The notes below the pieces were generated by a model that worked only from the letters and a program-made list of their open reading frames with translations, had not been told where the DNA came from and made no database searches. DNA of 64,000 nt, taken from Ignavibacteria bacterium. GTDB lineage: Bacteria; Bacteroidota; Ignavibacteria; Tepidaquicellales; OLB5. A program made the position numbers and the translations under genes. The stretch lies in NCBI GenBank assembly GCA_030835085.1, contig JAUQWQ010000034.1:5415-69414 (forward strand), given 5' to 3'. Positions 1-10,116 of this stretch are shown piece after piece. Position 1 is the stretch's first letter. The number at the start of each line of letters is the position of its first letter.

Positions 1-721
1 TTTCATCCCTTAAAGGAGATGAACTGTGATCTATGGATATTTCTCTGCCATCTCTTGCAATTAGTACAGTATGATTGCTTCTGCCTATAATTATATTTTC
101 TGCAAGTACCCTTTCTATAGGGTTCTGCATCGGCTCACGGGTATCTTCATCAAGCAGCAGCAGCAATTCGTATATTCGTTTTCCTGCAACTTCATGAAGC
201 GTCCAGCCTGTAAGAGCTTCGGCAACCGGATTTAAAAATTTTATAAAACCAAACTGGTCCGTTACAATAACAGCATCACCAACACTTTTTAAAATTGCGC
301 TTAGCCAGCGTTCATTTTCTTTAAGTTTGGTTTCCATCTGGTGCTTGTAAAGCGCCATTTCTATGCTGGAGCGCAGGTATCTCTCTTCAAATGGTTTTAA
401 GATATAACCAAGGGGTTCGGTCATTTTTGCACGCTTTAGCGTGCGGTCATCTTCGTAAGCGGTCAAATAAACAATTGGGATATTATACTTTTTTCTTATC
501 TCTGCGGCAGTTTCTATTCCGTCAATATCACCTTTTAAAACGATATCCATTAATACAAGGTCAGGGCGTAATTCTTCCGCCCGGGATATAGCCTCTCTTC
601 CGGTAAATACAACATCGGGCACAATGTATCCTAAGCCCTCAAGACAGTTTTTTATGTCCTGGGCTATTATACCCTCATCTTCAACCACCATTATACGCGG
701 GGTCCCGTTAAGTTCCGTCAC
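1..721 (-). CDS. Response-regulator receiver + PAS domain protein (3' end runs off the window; absent from the ORF track)
   Basis: Manual translation from GTG at 721: TELNGTPRIMVVEDEGIIAQDI...PDLVLMDIVLKG...PIVYLTAY...GYILKPFEE (receiver D/D/T/K motifs), then ILKSVGDAVIVTD...FLNPVAEALTGW...DGREISIDHSSSPLRDE (PAS). Open to position 1; GAGGG upstream. Confidence 0.9.
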   Translation of the reverse strand, partial: MTELNGTPRIMVVEDEGIIAQDIKNCLEGLGYIVPDVVFTGREAISRAEELRPDLVLMDIVLKGDIDGIETAAEIRKKYNIPIVYLTAYEDDRTLKRAKMTEPLGYILKPFEERYLRSSIEMALYKHQMETKLKENERWLSAILKSVGDAVIVTDQFGFIKFLNPVAEALTGWTLHEVAGKRIYELLLLLDEDTREPMQNPIERVLAENIIIGRSNHTVLIARDGREISIDHSSSPLRDE

Positions 722-988
722 TTAAGCACCCTCTTTTCTCAGCATATTTTTTTTCAATATTACGTATATTTTATAAAACCTGTTTACCAGGTTTATTTTT
801 ACATCATATTAACGTCATTTTTCTGCATTTTTCCCTAATTTGATGAACCTTTATTCAAAATCTTTTGAAATGGATTATTAAGTTAGCACTTATACGGTAT
901 AGCTTCAATACCATTAATACGTTACTGTTAAAGATATATTACAATAATGCTTTAACTTCTCAATAATTGCAGTTAAATTTGTACAAAT

Positions 989-2113
989 ATGCTTAAATAT
1001 CCCAAAAAATTAAATATTATTATTTCATGCGGTTCCTATTCATGGGGCGGACTCGAAATGTTCTCTCTGGAAACTGCCCGGAAATTAGCGGAAAAAGGGA
1101 TGAATGTTAAGATATTATGCACAGAAAACTCAAGGCTGCTTAAAGAAGCAGCACACAGCGGATTTGAGACCCTACCGTTTTTCGGAAAAAATAAGAACAT
1201 ACCCATTTCAATTATTAAACTCAAAAAATATTTAAAAAATTCAGCAGTTGATGTTATACATTCAAACCACTCTCATGACCTCTGGGTTTTAACTCCCGCA
1301 CTAAAATGGTCCGGCAGCACAGCCAAACTTTTTTTAACCAAGCATATGGCAAGCGGAGTTAAAAAAAATGATCTGCTGCATAAATTTCTGTACAACAGAC
1401 TGGATGCAGTATTTGCAATTTCCACTTACATTCAGCAAAGCTTAAAAAATACAACACCCCTCCCGGACAGCAAAATTATTCTATTGCCTGTTGGAATAGA
1501 TATTAACAGATTTCAAAGGAACAGGTTAGAAGCGGAAAACGTTAAAAAGGAACTGGGACTGCCTGGCAATAAATTGATAATTGGCATAGTTGGCAGAATG
1601 ACGCCGGGCAAGGGGCATGAAGAATTTCTTGAAGCGGCGAAAATACTGAACGGTAAGTATGAAGATAAAATCTACTTTTTGGTGATTGGCGGCGCAAGCT
1701 ATGGGGAAGAAGAATATGAAAATGGTATTAATGCTTTGGCAGATAAGTTAAATTTAAGCAACATTAAATTTATTGGACACTCTGATATACCCGAAAAAAC
1801 CATGACAGCAATTGATATACTCTCCTTTCCATCACATGATGAATCATTTGGGAGGGTACTGCTGGAGGCGATGGCGCTGGAAATTCCCGCCGCCGCAAGC
1901 GGTTTTGCGGGAGTGCTTGATATAACAATTGAAAATGAAACCGGACTGCTCTTCAGGCCTAAAGATGCTGAAAGCCAGTCGGAAGCACTGGAAAAACTTA
2001 TCACCGGTAAAGAACTGAGAGAAAGATTCGCCAAGGCAGGCAGAAAGAGGGCTGAGGATGTTTTTACATTTGATATTATGATAAACAATTTAATTAAACA
2101 TTACACTTCATAA
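989..2113 (+). CDS. Glycosyltransferase family 4 (GT-B fold)
   Basis: WGGLE N-terminal motif, VGRMTPGKG, FPSHDESFGRVLLEAMA (ExF-x7-E). Confidence 0.9.
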   Translation: MLKYPKKLNIIISCGSYSWGGLEMFSLETARKLAEKGMNVKILCTENSRLLKEAAHSGFETLPFFGKNKNIPISIIKLKKYLKNSAVDVIHSNHSHDLWVLTPALKWSGSTAKLFLTKHMASGVKKNDLLHKFLYNRLDAVFAISTYIQQSLKNTTPLPDSKIILLPVGIDINRFQRNRLEAENVKKELGLPGNKLIIGIVGRMTPGKGHEEFLEAAKILNGKYEDKIYFLVIGGASYGEEEYENGINALADKLNLSNIKFIGHSDIPEKTMTAIDILSFPSHDESFGRVLLEAMALEIPAAASGFAGVLDITIENETGLLFRPKDAESQSEALEKLITGKELRERFAKAGRKRAEDVFTFDIMINNLIKHYTS

Positions 2114-2114
2114 C

Positions 2115-2591
2115 ATGGCAGGAAGAAGATTAAGCGCAGGATTGATAATGTTCCGTAAAGTAAACGGGCAAACTGAAGTCTTTCTCGCTCACCCCGGGGG
2201 TCCATATTTCCACAAAAAGGATGAAGGACACTGGAGTATTCCAAAAGGAGAGCCTGAAATTGAAGAAGAACTTCTTATTACAGCTATCCGTGAATTCAAG
2301 GAAGAAACAGGTATTACACCTATTGGTGATTTTATTCCCCTGGGATCAATAATACAAAAAGGAGGCAAAGAAGTATTCGCATGGGCATTTGAAAGCGACC
2401 TTCCGCCTAACTATGTACATGAATGCAATATATTTGAAGAAGAGTGGCCGCCGCACTCCGGTGAGTTTAAAGAATTTCCTGAAGTGGATAAAGTTGGATT
2501 CTTTGGAATTGATGAAGCAAAACAAAAAATAAAAGGTGCTCAGATACCGCTTATAGACAGATTACTGAAAATTATCAGCACAAACAGCTGA
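2115..2591 (+). CDS. NUDIX hydrolase
   Basis: Nudix box PKGEPEIEEELLITAIREFKEETG; HPGGPYF and FPEVD motifs of the predicted NTP pyrophosphohydrolase subgroup. Confidence 0.9.
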   Translation: MAGRRLSAGLIMFRKVNGQTEVFLAHPGGPYFHKKDEGHWSIPKGEPEIEEELLITAIREFKEETGITPIGDFIPLGSIIQKGGKEVFAWAFESDLPPNYVHECNIFEEEWPPHSGEFKEFPEVDKVGFFGIDEAKQKIKGAQIPLIDRLLKIISTNS

Positions 2592-2600
2592 ATTTAAAAT

Positions 2601-3122
2601 TCAGGCTTTCCAGTCTTCTTTTAATAAAGCATAAAAATAACCATCCCAATATTCATTATTATATTTAGTAATCTTTCTTTTCATCCCTTCGCGCACAAAT
2701 CCCAGTTTTTCGTAACATTTAAATGCCGGTGTATTATAAGTGTACACATTAAGCTCTATCCTCTTAATGTTAAGTTCACTAAAGGCAAAATTGATCATCT
2801 TCCTTATCATCATTTCGGCTATACCTTTACCCCTGAAATTCTTATCAACAAATATCCTGCATAAAGAGGCAATCCCGTTTCTTCTGTCAATAGCACCAAG
2901 TTCGCAAATTCCTGCTATATTCCCGTTTACATCAACAGCTTTGTAAATAATTCTTTTAGGTTCAGGCCGTTCAGTTTCAGAATAATATTCTTTTAACTGC
3001 TCAACTGTCAGAGGATAATCAAAAACGGGACCGCACCACTGCAGCATAGTTTTTTCATCTTCAGCCCAGCTGACCAAAGTACCAAGATCCTCTTCTTTTA
3101 GTTTACTTATTGTTATATCCAC
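2601..3122 (-). CDS. GNAT (RimJ/RimL-like) acetyltransferase
   Basis: FRGKGIA acetyl-CoA motif, NTPAFKCYEKLGFVREG; GTG start. Confidence 0.85.
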   Translation of the reverse strand: MDITISKLKEEDLGTLVSWAEDEKTMLQWCGPVFDYPLTVEQLKEYYSETERPEPKRIIYKAVDVNGNIAGICELGAIDRRNGIASLCRIFVDKNFRGKGIAEMMIRKMINFAFSELNIKRIELNVYTYNTPAFKCYEKLGFVREGMKRKITKYNNEYWDGYFYALLKEDWKA

Positions 3123-3155
3123 AGTATTATTTATGAAAGTGCTTTTTTTTAAAAA

Positions 3156-3539
3156 TTATTTTTCCGCAAAAGCAATTATGTGGCCGTCAGGATCGGAATA
3201 ATACGCGGCGTTATCACCCCAATCTCTTTTTTTCATCGGACTTATTTCTGCAGCACCCGAAGCCAGTGCTCTTTTGCAAAACGATTCCGCATCATCTGAT
3301 AAAATATAAAGTTCACACCGCGGCACACCAATGGCGCTTTCAGGGTCTTGTATTTTTTTGCCTAATATCTGTTTTATGCCAGAAGATGGCATTAATCCAA
3401 GCTTGGTTCTATCTGAAAGGATATATTCGGTCATTCCTTCTACGTCAAGGCTGGGCTGTAAATTCAATACAAAGGAATAAAAATCCCTGCTTTTTTTCTG
3501 ATCAGATACATAAAGGATAAATTCAAAATTAATTTCCAT
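3156..3539 (-). CDS. VOC/glyoxalase family protein
   Basis: LYVSDQKKSRDFY N-terminus; RDWGDNAAYYSDPDGHII C-terminus. Confidence 0.85.
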   Translation of the reverse strand: MEINFEFILYVSDQKKSRDFYSFVLNLQPSLDVEGMTEYILSDRTKLGLMPSSGIKQILGKKIQDPESAIGVPRCELYILSDDAESFCKRALASGAAEISPMKKRDWGDNAAYYSDPDGHIIAFAEK

Positions 3540-3567
3540 AATAAATTAAGCTATAATTGATTGAAAC

Positions 3568-4431
3568 TCAGATCTTTCCCATAACATAAAGCTGGGTAAG
3601 CGTTGGCTGCGGGCTGCCGCCTTTTTTCTCCAAAGTCACGGCAAATGCGTCAGCATCTGCAATAGTAACCGGCATCATATGCATATCGTCTCCCGTTCCG
3701 GGCTGCATATCAAATACCCCGGCATCAATCGGTTTACCGTCTTTTAATGCCCATAGCTGGTATTGTTTATCCGCAGGAGGCATAGGCAGACTATTAACGT
3801 TAAGCATTACTTTCTTGCTGTTCGGATTCCAATATACGGTAGCAAATGATTGCGGCGCAATTTCCATACCTTTTAAATCCACAATTTTATTGCTGCGGTT
3901 CATTACCATCTTCATATCAGTTGATTTCTTATCCATATCCAGCCTTATCTTTTCATACTCAAGCTTCATCTTATTGTTTTCATTCACAACACCTGCCATC
4001 TGCTCTTCTGTGTTCTTAAGCTTTGTAAAGAAGTACACATTCCCTATAATATTAAGCACAAGGAAGATCCATACCGCCGCCATTAAATAGTTGAATCTTG
4101 CCGGCTTCTGAACATAATTAAATGAATTGTTTCCGGGTGTACCAATCGTATTTGACTTACCGGCAGCTTCAGGGATTGATAGAATATTTGTACTGCTAAT
4201 TCCTTCTATCTCATCAATCCTGTTGAGCACAGCACTTCTCAGCTCCGGGTTTGGATTCTTTTTAAATGAAGCCGAGTACGATACAAGCGCATCCTGAATA
4301 GCAGAAAGCTCTGCCTGCACTTCAGGGTATTGCGCAGCCATAGCCTCTACTTCGCGGGCTTCAGAATCACTTAAAGCCCCGGCAGCGTAAAGCTCAAGCA
4401 CTCCGGATTGTATGTATTCTTTAGTATTCAA
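3568..4431 (-). CDS. Anti-sigma factor, RskA family
   Basis: N-terminal ELYAAGALS...E helix, one transmembrane segment, C-terminal KQYQLW...AFAVTLEKKGGSPQPT; directly downstream of the ECF sigma. Confidence 0.9.
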   Translation of the reverse strand: MNTKEYIQSGVLELYAAGALSDSEAREVEAMAAQYPEVQAELSAIQDALVSYSASFKKNPNPELRSAVLNRIDEIEGISSTNILSIPEAAGKSNTIGTPGNNSFNYVQKPARFNYLMAAVWIFLVLNIIGNVYFFTKLKNTEEQMAGVVNENNKMKLEYEKIRLDMDKKSTDMKMVMNRSNKIVDLKGMEIAPQSFATVYWNPNSKKVMLNVNSLPMPPADKQYQLWALKDGKPIDAGVFDMQPGTGDDMHMMPVTIADADAFAVTLEKKGGSPQPTLTQLYVMGKI

Positions 4432-4471
4432 AATTCAATGCACAGAATGGAATTTCTGTACTGCTGATTAT

Positions 4472-5041
4472 TTATGTATAAATATCTCTTAAATTATTAA
4501 TTGCTGTTCGTATTCTTGTTTTCACTGTCCCAAGCGGAACCCCGAGTTTTTCAGCGGTTTCAGCTTGTGTAAAACCCCGGAAATATACCATATCTATCAA
4601 TATCCTTTGTTCTGGTGTAAGCTTATTAATCATATCTTTGACACCAATATGTTCCGGGTTAAATGCCGCTGCAGGACTTTCTTCAATTATATTTACGTAA
4701 TCTTCAATATCGCGGTTTTGCAGCGAATTTTTGTATTCTTTTGAACGAATTTTATCTATTGCAAGATTCCTTGCTATGTTTCCCATCCAGGTTATAAGCT
4801 TTGCTTTTGAGGGATCGTAACTATCTATGTTCTTCCATACCTTAACATATACTTCCTGCAGCAGATCTTCGGCGGTTTCATCGCTTTTAACAATTCTTGC
4901 AATAATACCAAAAAGCAGGCTGGAATATTTATCATATAATATACCAACCGCATCCCTGTTCTTCTGTTTCAGGGATGTTACTATTTGCTCCTCAGTTATT
5001 TCCTGCAGTCGGTCTTTCAAATTATGGATGAACTTATGCAA
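4472..5041 (-). CDS. ECF RNA polymerase sigma factor (SigK-like)
   Basis: AEDLLQEVYVKVW region 2, TWMGNIARNLAID, TQAETAEKLGVPLGTVKTRIR region 4. Exact start uncertain (TTG). Confidence 0.92.
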   Translation of the reverse strand: MHKFIHNLKDRLQEITEEQIVTSLKQKNRDAVGILYDKYSSLLFGIIARIVKSDETAEDLLQEVYVKVWKNIDSYDPSKAKLITWMGNIARNLAIDKIRSKEYKNSLQNRDIEDYVNIIEESPAAAFNPEHIGVKDMINKLTPEQRILIDMVYFRGFTQAETAEKLGVPLGTVKTRIRTAINNLRDIYT

Positions 5042-5085
5042 AGGTGAAGATAAAATGTCATTTATTCAATTTCAGAATTTATGCC

Positions 5086-5110
5086 AAAAAAAGGGACTCA
5101 ATTGAGCCCC
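5086..5110 (-). terminator. Intrinsic terminator after the 5139-5756 gene
   Basis: Minus strand: ggggctcaattgagtccc followed by a T7 run. Confidence 0.65.
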
Positions 5111-5138
5111 GTTATCAACATTAATATCAAACTGTATA

Positions 5139-5756
5139 CTAATTTAAGTATTGAACATCTGCCGGAACTATAAAAATACTTTCCGGTACATCGGAAGTAT
5201 TATCATATCTTAACGCTTCAATCGAGTTTCCTTCGGCAGCGTTACCAACCCAGCGTTTGAGCATCAGGTTATCCTGGTACATATAATAGTCACTGGAGGC
5301 ATGGTCACCAGGTACCGTCTGTGACGCAATTGTATATTTTACACAATCCATACCCAATACGCTTTCAGAACCAACCCGCGTACCGGAATTGAATATTTTA
5401 CCGTCATTTGGCAGATCAAGTATATATACACCGGTCTGCATTCCAACATACATCATATCCACTGCGTTCTTAGTACCAAACTTTCCTGCCGAATTTGTAA
5501 TAATATTATATATCATAGGTTCATCTTTAAAAATATAAATACTTGTTGCAGTTGAATCAGGTTTACCGGCATTATCAAACTTCTGGAATTTCATTTTACT
5601 GCCGTTTCGGTACATCATTATTTTGCTTTTGATATTCCCGCCTGCATCTTTTAAGGCATACTCTATGGTGTATTTTGTATCATAGGTCTGCGCAAATAGA
5701 TTTACGCACAACCCCAATAAAATTACAATAAAGATAGTTTTTTTCATTTCACTCAA
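5139..5756 (-). CDS. Secreted hypothetical protein (DUF4412-like / LolA-like beta fold)
   Basis: Signal peptide (KKTIFIVILLGLCVNLFAQ), ESVLGMDCVKY and DVPESIFIVP motifs typical of DUF4412-like proteins. Family assignment is inference. Confidence 0.55.
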   Translation of the reverse strand: MSEMKKTIFIVILLGLCVNLFAQTYDTKYTIEYALKDAGGNIKSKIMMYRNGSKMKFQKFDNAGKPDSTATSIYIFKDEPMIYNIITNSAGKFGTKNAVDMMYVGMQTGVYILDLPNDGKIFNSGTRVGSESVLGMDCVKYTIASQTVPGDHASSDYYMYQDNLMLKRWVGNAAEGNSIEALRYDNTSDVPESIFIVPADVQYLN

Positions 5757-5810
5757 AAATATGTTTTATTAAGTAAGCGTGGAAATTTTACTGCACGCCC
5801 TGTTATTTAT

Positions 5811-7392
5811 TTACTTCACAAGAACCATTTTCTTGATTTCGGAATAGGCACCTGACTGTAACTTATAAAAATATACGCCGCTGGGAAAATTTGCAGCATC
5901 AAAAGTGACTTCATGCTCACCAGGCTCCAGATTTCCGTTAACCAAAGTTGCAACTTCCCTTCCAATATTATCATAAACCCTCAGAACTGCACTGCCAAAA
6001 ACGGGGATGGAGAATCTGATAGAAGTAACAGGATTAAACGGGTTCGGGTAATTATTCCCCAAACTGAATGATGATCTTTCAATTTCCGCAAGCCGCGGAG
6101 CTGTTGGGGAATATGATAGTATGGTTATCTGCCTGTATGGTATAACACCATAGTACCTGGCACCCAGTACGTGAATCCTGGAAGAAACATCCAGCGAAAT
6201 TTTATCGCCCAGAAAGATTCCAGAAGGATAAGTTATATCACCGCGCCAGATAAGTGCGCTGCTGGTACCGTTATACTTTGCCACCGTGCCCCGGCTTCTG
6301 AAATCACCTGCAACGTATACATTCCGGGTGTTATCTGTAGTTATGCATTTGAATTCATAAGCATTAACAACATCTTTTTTGATCCAGAGCATTGCACCTG
6401 ATGCGTTATATTTTACAAAAAAGAGATGTATCACCGGTTGAACCAGCAACAATAATATTCCTGCTGTTATCAATTGTAAAATCCTTGTAACCATCAAAAT
6501 TATAAGGTCCGAAATTATCATCAGAAACACTGAAATTCTGTTCCCAGCTCATGACAGGAATTACGGCAGAAGTGAATTTTTTTGTTACAATAAGGTCATG
6601 ATACCGGTCTTTATCCATTTGATAAGTAACTACTGCACAATCTAATGCGTCAACAAGAACTTTTGAGAATCTTCCGCCATCAGGATTATACTTACCCATA
6701 TTATATACCCATCTTTGTGTACATGAACTGTCATACTTCAACAACTGGCAGTCATAATAACCGGCCGTGTTCCACAAATGTCCGCTCACATAAATATTTT
6801 TGGCTTTATCCAATGCAATTGAGTGACCACTCCCATACAAAGCATCAAAAGTTCTTATCCTGGTATAAGAACCGTCATATTTTGTTCTTATCATTGCCAT
6901 AGCACTATTAGAAGGCCTGTAAATGCGCCCTGTTGCATATATATATTTATTATCAAATACTGCTTCAGAAAAATCAAACCGCCCGGTACCGGGCAAAGCA
7001 GTTAAAGAGATCATTGCGCCTGTAGCTGAATTGTATTTCATAATGGAAATATAAGAGCTATCGGTGTAACGAATCGTTGAAAATACATAAAGATTACCGG
7101 ATGCATCTCCTGTGATACCTATTGGTCTATCCACACTGTGACCGGGTCCATCATAAACTGAGATCCACAAACGTGTACCGGCAGGTGAGAATTTCATAGT
7201 TACTATATTTGCGCTATCCTGATAATTATGACTTTGGGTGGTCACATAAGTATTTCCTGATGCATCTACTATAGAATATTTAAAATATCGGTTGGATGGT
7301 GAATAATCATAGGTATAATCCAGAATGTATTGAGAAAATACATTTGAACTTAACATTGTCAGCATTGCTAAAATATATATTTGAGTTCTCAT
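5811..7392 (-). pseudogene. Beta-propeller (SBBP-like repeat) protein with T9SS C-terminal domain, split by one extra T in a T6 run
   Basis: ORF 6406-7392 has a signal peptide and DASGNLYV/KYNSATG repeats; ORF 5811-6530 continues the repeats (FVKYNASGAMLW) and ends in the CTD (NNYPNPFNP...KKMVLVK). Deleting one base at 6417-6422 fuses them into a 526-aa ORF. Confidence 0.85.
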
Positions 7393-7432
7393 AATTTAAT
7401 ATTCCATTTTAGAAGTATGAAAATAATTTTAT

Positions 7433-7440
7433 CAAACTTA
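7433..7440 (-). promoter_or_regulatory. TAnnTTTG (-7 element-like) upstream of the SBBP gene
   Basis: Minus strand TAAGTTTG, 40 nt upstream of the ATG at 7392. Confidence 0.35.
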
Positions 7441-7571
7441 CCTATTGCCTTTTAAGGCTGCAAAGAGAAATATATGGAATTGTAAACAGTTTTCTTTAAC
7501 AATACATTCTATTTAAGTTAATTAATTGCTATTTTATGCAATATTTTAAGGGATAGAGTAAACAGGTTTAA

Positions 7572-9032
7572 ATGGAAAAATTGAAGATCATACAGATATT
7601 AAAGACCTTTTCAAAACCGGAATTCAGAGAATTTCAGAAGTACGCTGCTTCGCCGTACTTCAACAACGGAAGGAATTACGTTTCATTACTGAATGAACTG
7701 AAAGCCTATTATCCGGAATTCAATTCACCGAAATTTACAAAGCAAAATGTTTATTCAAAGCTTTTCCCTGATAAAGAATTCAAAGATACAGTGTTGAAGA
7801 CTATGTTTTCAGGTCTGAACTCACTTGCAGAAGATTTCCTTGCTCAAAAAATGTTTGATACTAATAAATTTGAAGTACTTCATGCAAAGCTTAATGCATA
7901 TCATAACAGGAACCTGGAAAAACAATTTTCCGATACGATCAAAGTGGCTTATGATAAATTTCATGAACTGGAAATAGTTGACCCTCTTGATGCACTAAGG
8001 AATAAATATGAATTGAGTTTAATTGAAGCAACATTCTATAACGGAAGAAGGAACCTTAACATCAAGAATAAGGGATTTGATGTTACAACATCGGTTGCCA
8101 CACTTTTTTTTATGGAGTATTTTGTTACTTATGCCGATGAAGTGGCTAAATCCAATGCTATAAATCAACCTATGCCTGAGATTATAGATGTAATCCATAG
8201 TAATGTTAACTTTGACGAGATTATTTCCCGTTTAATTGAATCTAATCAGGGAGAGAGTTATAAAATATCGTTTTATTATAATTTATATAAAGCCAGGAGA
8301 TTCAGGGATAAAAAATTCTATTTTGAAGCAAAGACGATCTTTTTTGATAATTTACAGGTAATCCCAAAACCGACCAAACAGTCATTTATTTTTCTGTTAA
8401 TGAATTGCCTGACCTATATATTAAAATCCAGCAAAGATGAAAAGATAGAAAAAGAAAGATATGATATGATAAAGTTCATGTTTGAGAATGACTTACATAT
8501 TTTTCCCGGTGATGAAATACTACCACTTGGTTCATTTAAAAATGCACTTACACTTTCTATCAGTTATAACGATTTAGAATTTACGAATGAGCTGCTGGAA
8601 AATCATATAAATTTCCTGCATAAAGATCTTATCAAGCCTTATAAAGAATATGGCTATTCTCTATTAGCCTTCAAAAGATCAGATTTTAAACACTCCCTGG
8701 AACTTCTTCAAAAAATTGACCTCTCTGAATATTCTCTAAAGCTGGATATAAGAATACTTTCATCAAAACTCTATTTTGAACTCGGCTATTGGGAAAGCGC
8801 CTTTACAATCATTGAATCATTCAGAAAATTTCTTTCTGAAAACATTAATATCAGTTTATCCCTTAAAGAACAGATACTTAGTTATATTAGATTTTATTCC
8901 GAATTATTGAAAATCAGGACAGGTAACAGGAAAAATGAATTGGAGTACCTGAAAAAAGATCTCGAAAAAGAGCATATAGCTGAAGGTTATAACTGGCTCA
9001 TGGAAAAAATATCAGAAATTGAAAATCAATAA
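7572..9032 (+). CDS. Hypothetical all-helical protein; possible N-terminal winged helix + TPR-like repeats
   Basis: 486-aa soluble ORF, no signal peptide; C-terminal helical repeats (YSLLAFKRSDFKHSLELLQK...KLYFELGYWESAF). Confidence 0.6.
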   Translation: MEKLKIIQILKTFSKPEFREFQKYAASPYFNNGRNYVSLLNELKAYYPEFNSPKFTKQNVYSKLFPDKEFKDTVLKTMFSGLNSLAEDFLAQKMFDTNKFEVLHAKLNAYHNRNLEKQFSDTIKVAYDKFHELEIVDPLDALRNKYELSLIEATFYNGRRNLNIKNKGFDVTTSVATLFFMEYFVTYADEVAKSNAINQPMPEIIDVIHSNVNFDEIISRLIESNQGESYKISFYYNLYKARRFRDKKFYFEAKTIFFDNLQVIPKPTKQSFIFLLMNCLTYILKSSKDEKIEKERYDMIKFMFENDLHIFPGDEILPLGSFKNALTLSISYNDLEFTNELLENHINFLHKDLIKPYKEYGYSLLAFKRSDFKHSLELLQKIDLSEYSLKLDIRILSSKLYFELGYWESAFTIIESFRKFLSENINISLSLKEQILSYIRFYSELLKIRTGNRKNELEYLKKDLEKEHIAEGYNWLMEKISEIENQ

Positions 9033-9077
9033 ATTCCTATTTTCTATAATTACTTTTAGCGTTATATTGCTGTAGTT

Positions 9078-9632
9078 ATGAGCGAAAATCCCGAAAAAGG
9101 CAAAGTACTGATATCAGAACCCTTTTTGAATGATCCCAATTTTAAGAGGACAATAATACTATTAACGGAGCATGGAGAAGAGGGCTCAATTGGATTTGTA
9201 TTGAACAAACCAACAGATTACATGATACACCAGGTTGTAGAAGAATTCCCCGAATTCGATTCTGTCGTTTATTACGGCGGTCCAGTACAGCTAAATACAC
9301 TGCAATTCATTTATAAAGGCGAAAATATTATCGACGGCTCAATTGAAATTATGCCCGGTCTTTACTGGGGCGGAAGCTTTGATATACTGAAAACACTCAT
9401 CACCTCCGGTGCGGTTTCTCCGGATGATTTCAGATTTTTCCTGGGGTACTCCGGGTGGACTGACGGGCAAATTGACGATGAGCTTGATATCAATTCATGG
9501 ATAGTTGCATCCACAACAATTGAGAACATTTTTTCAGATGAACCTGATAAGCTCTGGCGTGAAACGCTGAAGGGAATGGGCAAAAAATTCGCTATACTTG
9601 CAAGCTTCCCCGAAAATCCAAGCGTAAATTAA
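9078..9632 (+). CDS. yqgE: YqgE/AlgH family protein
   Basis: DPNFKRTIILL, GSIGFVLNKP, YYGGPV, RFFLGYSGW motifs. Confidence 0.92.
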   Translation: MSENPEKGKVLISEPFLNDPNFKRTIILLTEHGEEGSIGFVLNKPTDYMIHQVVEEFPEFDSVVYYGGPVQLNTLQFIYKGENIIDGSIEIMPGLYWGGSFDILKTLITSGAVSPDDFRFFLGYSGWTDGQIDDELDINSWIVASTTIENIFSDEPDKLWRETLKGMGKKFAILASFPENPSVN

Positions 9633-9654
9633 AAAAGCTGCAATTAAATAATAA

Positions 9655-10116
9655 ATGTACACAACACTACTTTCGCTGCATTCAATTTTCAGATGGCTGG
9701 TCGTTATCGGGGTCTTGTATACTCTATACAGGGCGTATTCGGGAGTGTTCAGCAAACGTTCATTCGATCCCGCTGACGCAAAGACACGTAAATACACGGT
9801 CATTGCTGCTCACATTCAGCTGGTGATTGGTTTGGCACTTTATTTCCTGAGCCCCATAACAAAATATTTCATGAGCAACTTCAGCGCGGCGGTGAAAGTG
9901 CGTGATATCAGGTTCTACGGAATGGAGCATACTATTGTGATGGTCCTTGCAATAGCATTAATAACCATCGGTTCTGCCGTATCTAAAAAGAAAACGGATG
10001 ACCATGCTAAATTTAAAGCTCTTGCTATCTGGTTCACAATTGCAGTGATACTTGTTTTGCTTATGACTCCATGGCCGTTCTCGCCGTTTTCAAGCAAACC
10101 TTTTTTCAGATTTTAA
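9655..10116 (+). CDS. Four-TM membrane protein (often annotated 'cytochrome B' in Bacteroidota)
   Basis: LHSIFRWLV, AHIQLVIGLALY, MEHTIVM; hydrophobic segments containing His residues. Confidence 0.55.
   Translation: MYTTLLSLHSIFRWLVVIGVLYTLYRAYSGVFSKRSFDPADAKTRKYTVIAAHIQLVIGLALYFLSPITKYFMSNFSAAVKVRDIRFYGMEHTIVMVLAIALITIGSAVSKKKTDDHAKFKALAIWFTIAVILVLLMTPWPFSPFSSKPFFRF

Noticed and set aside
722-745. 7-codon upstream ORF (MLRKEGA*) ending immediately before the response-regulator GTG
   Set aside because: It contains the likely SD (GAGGG), and such short ORFs are expected by chance; no other support.
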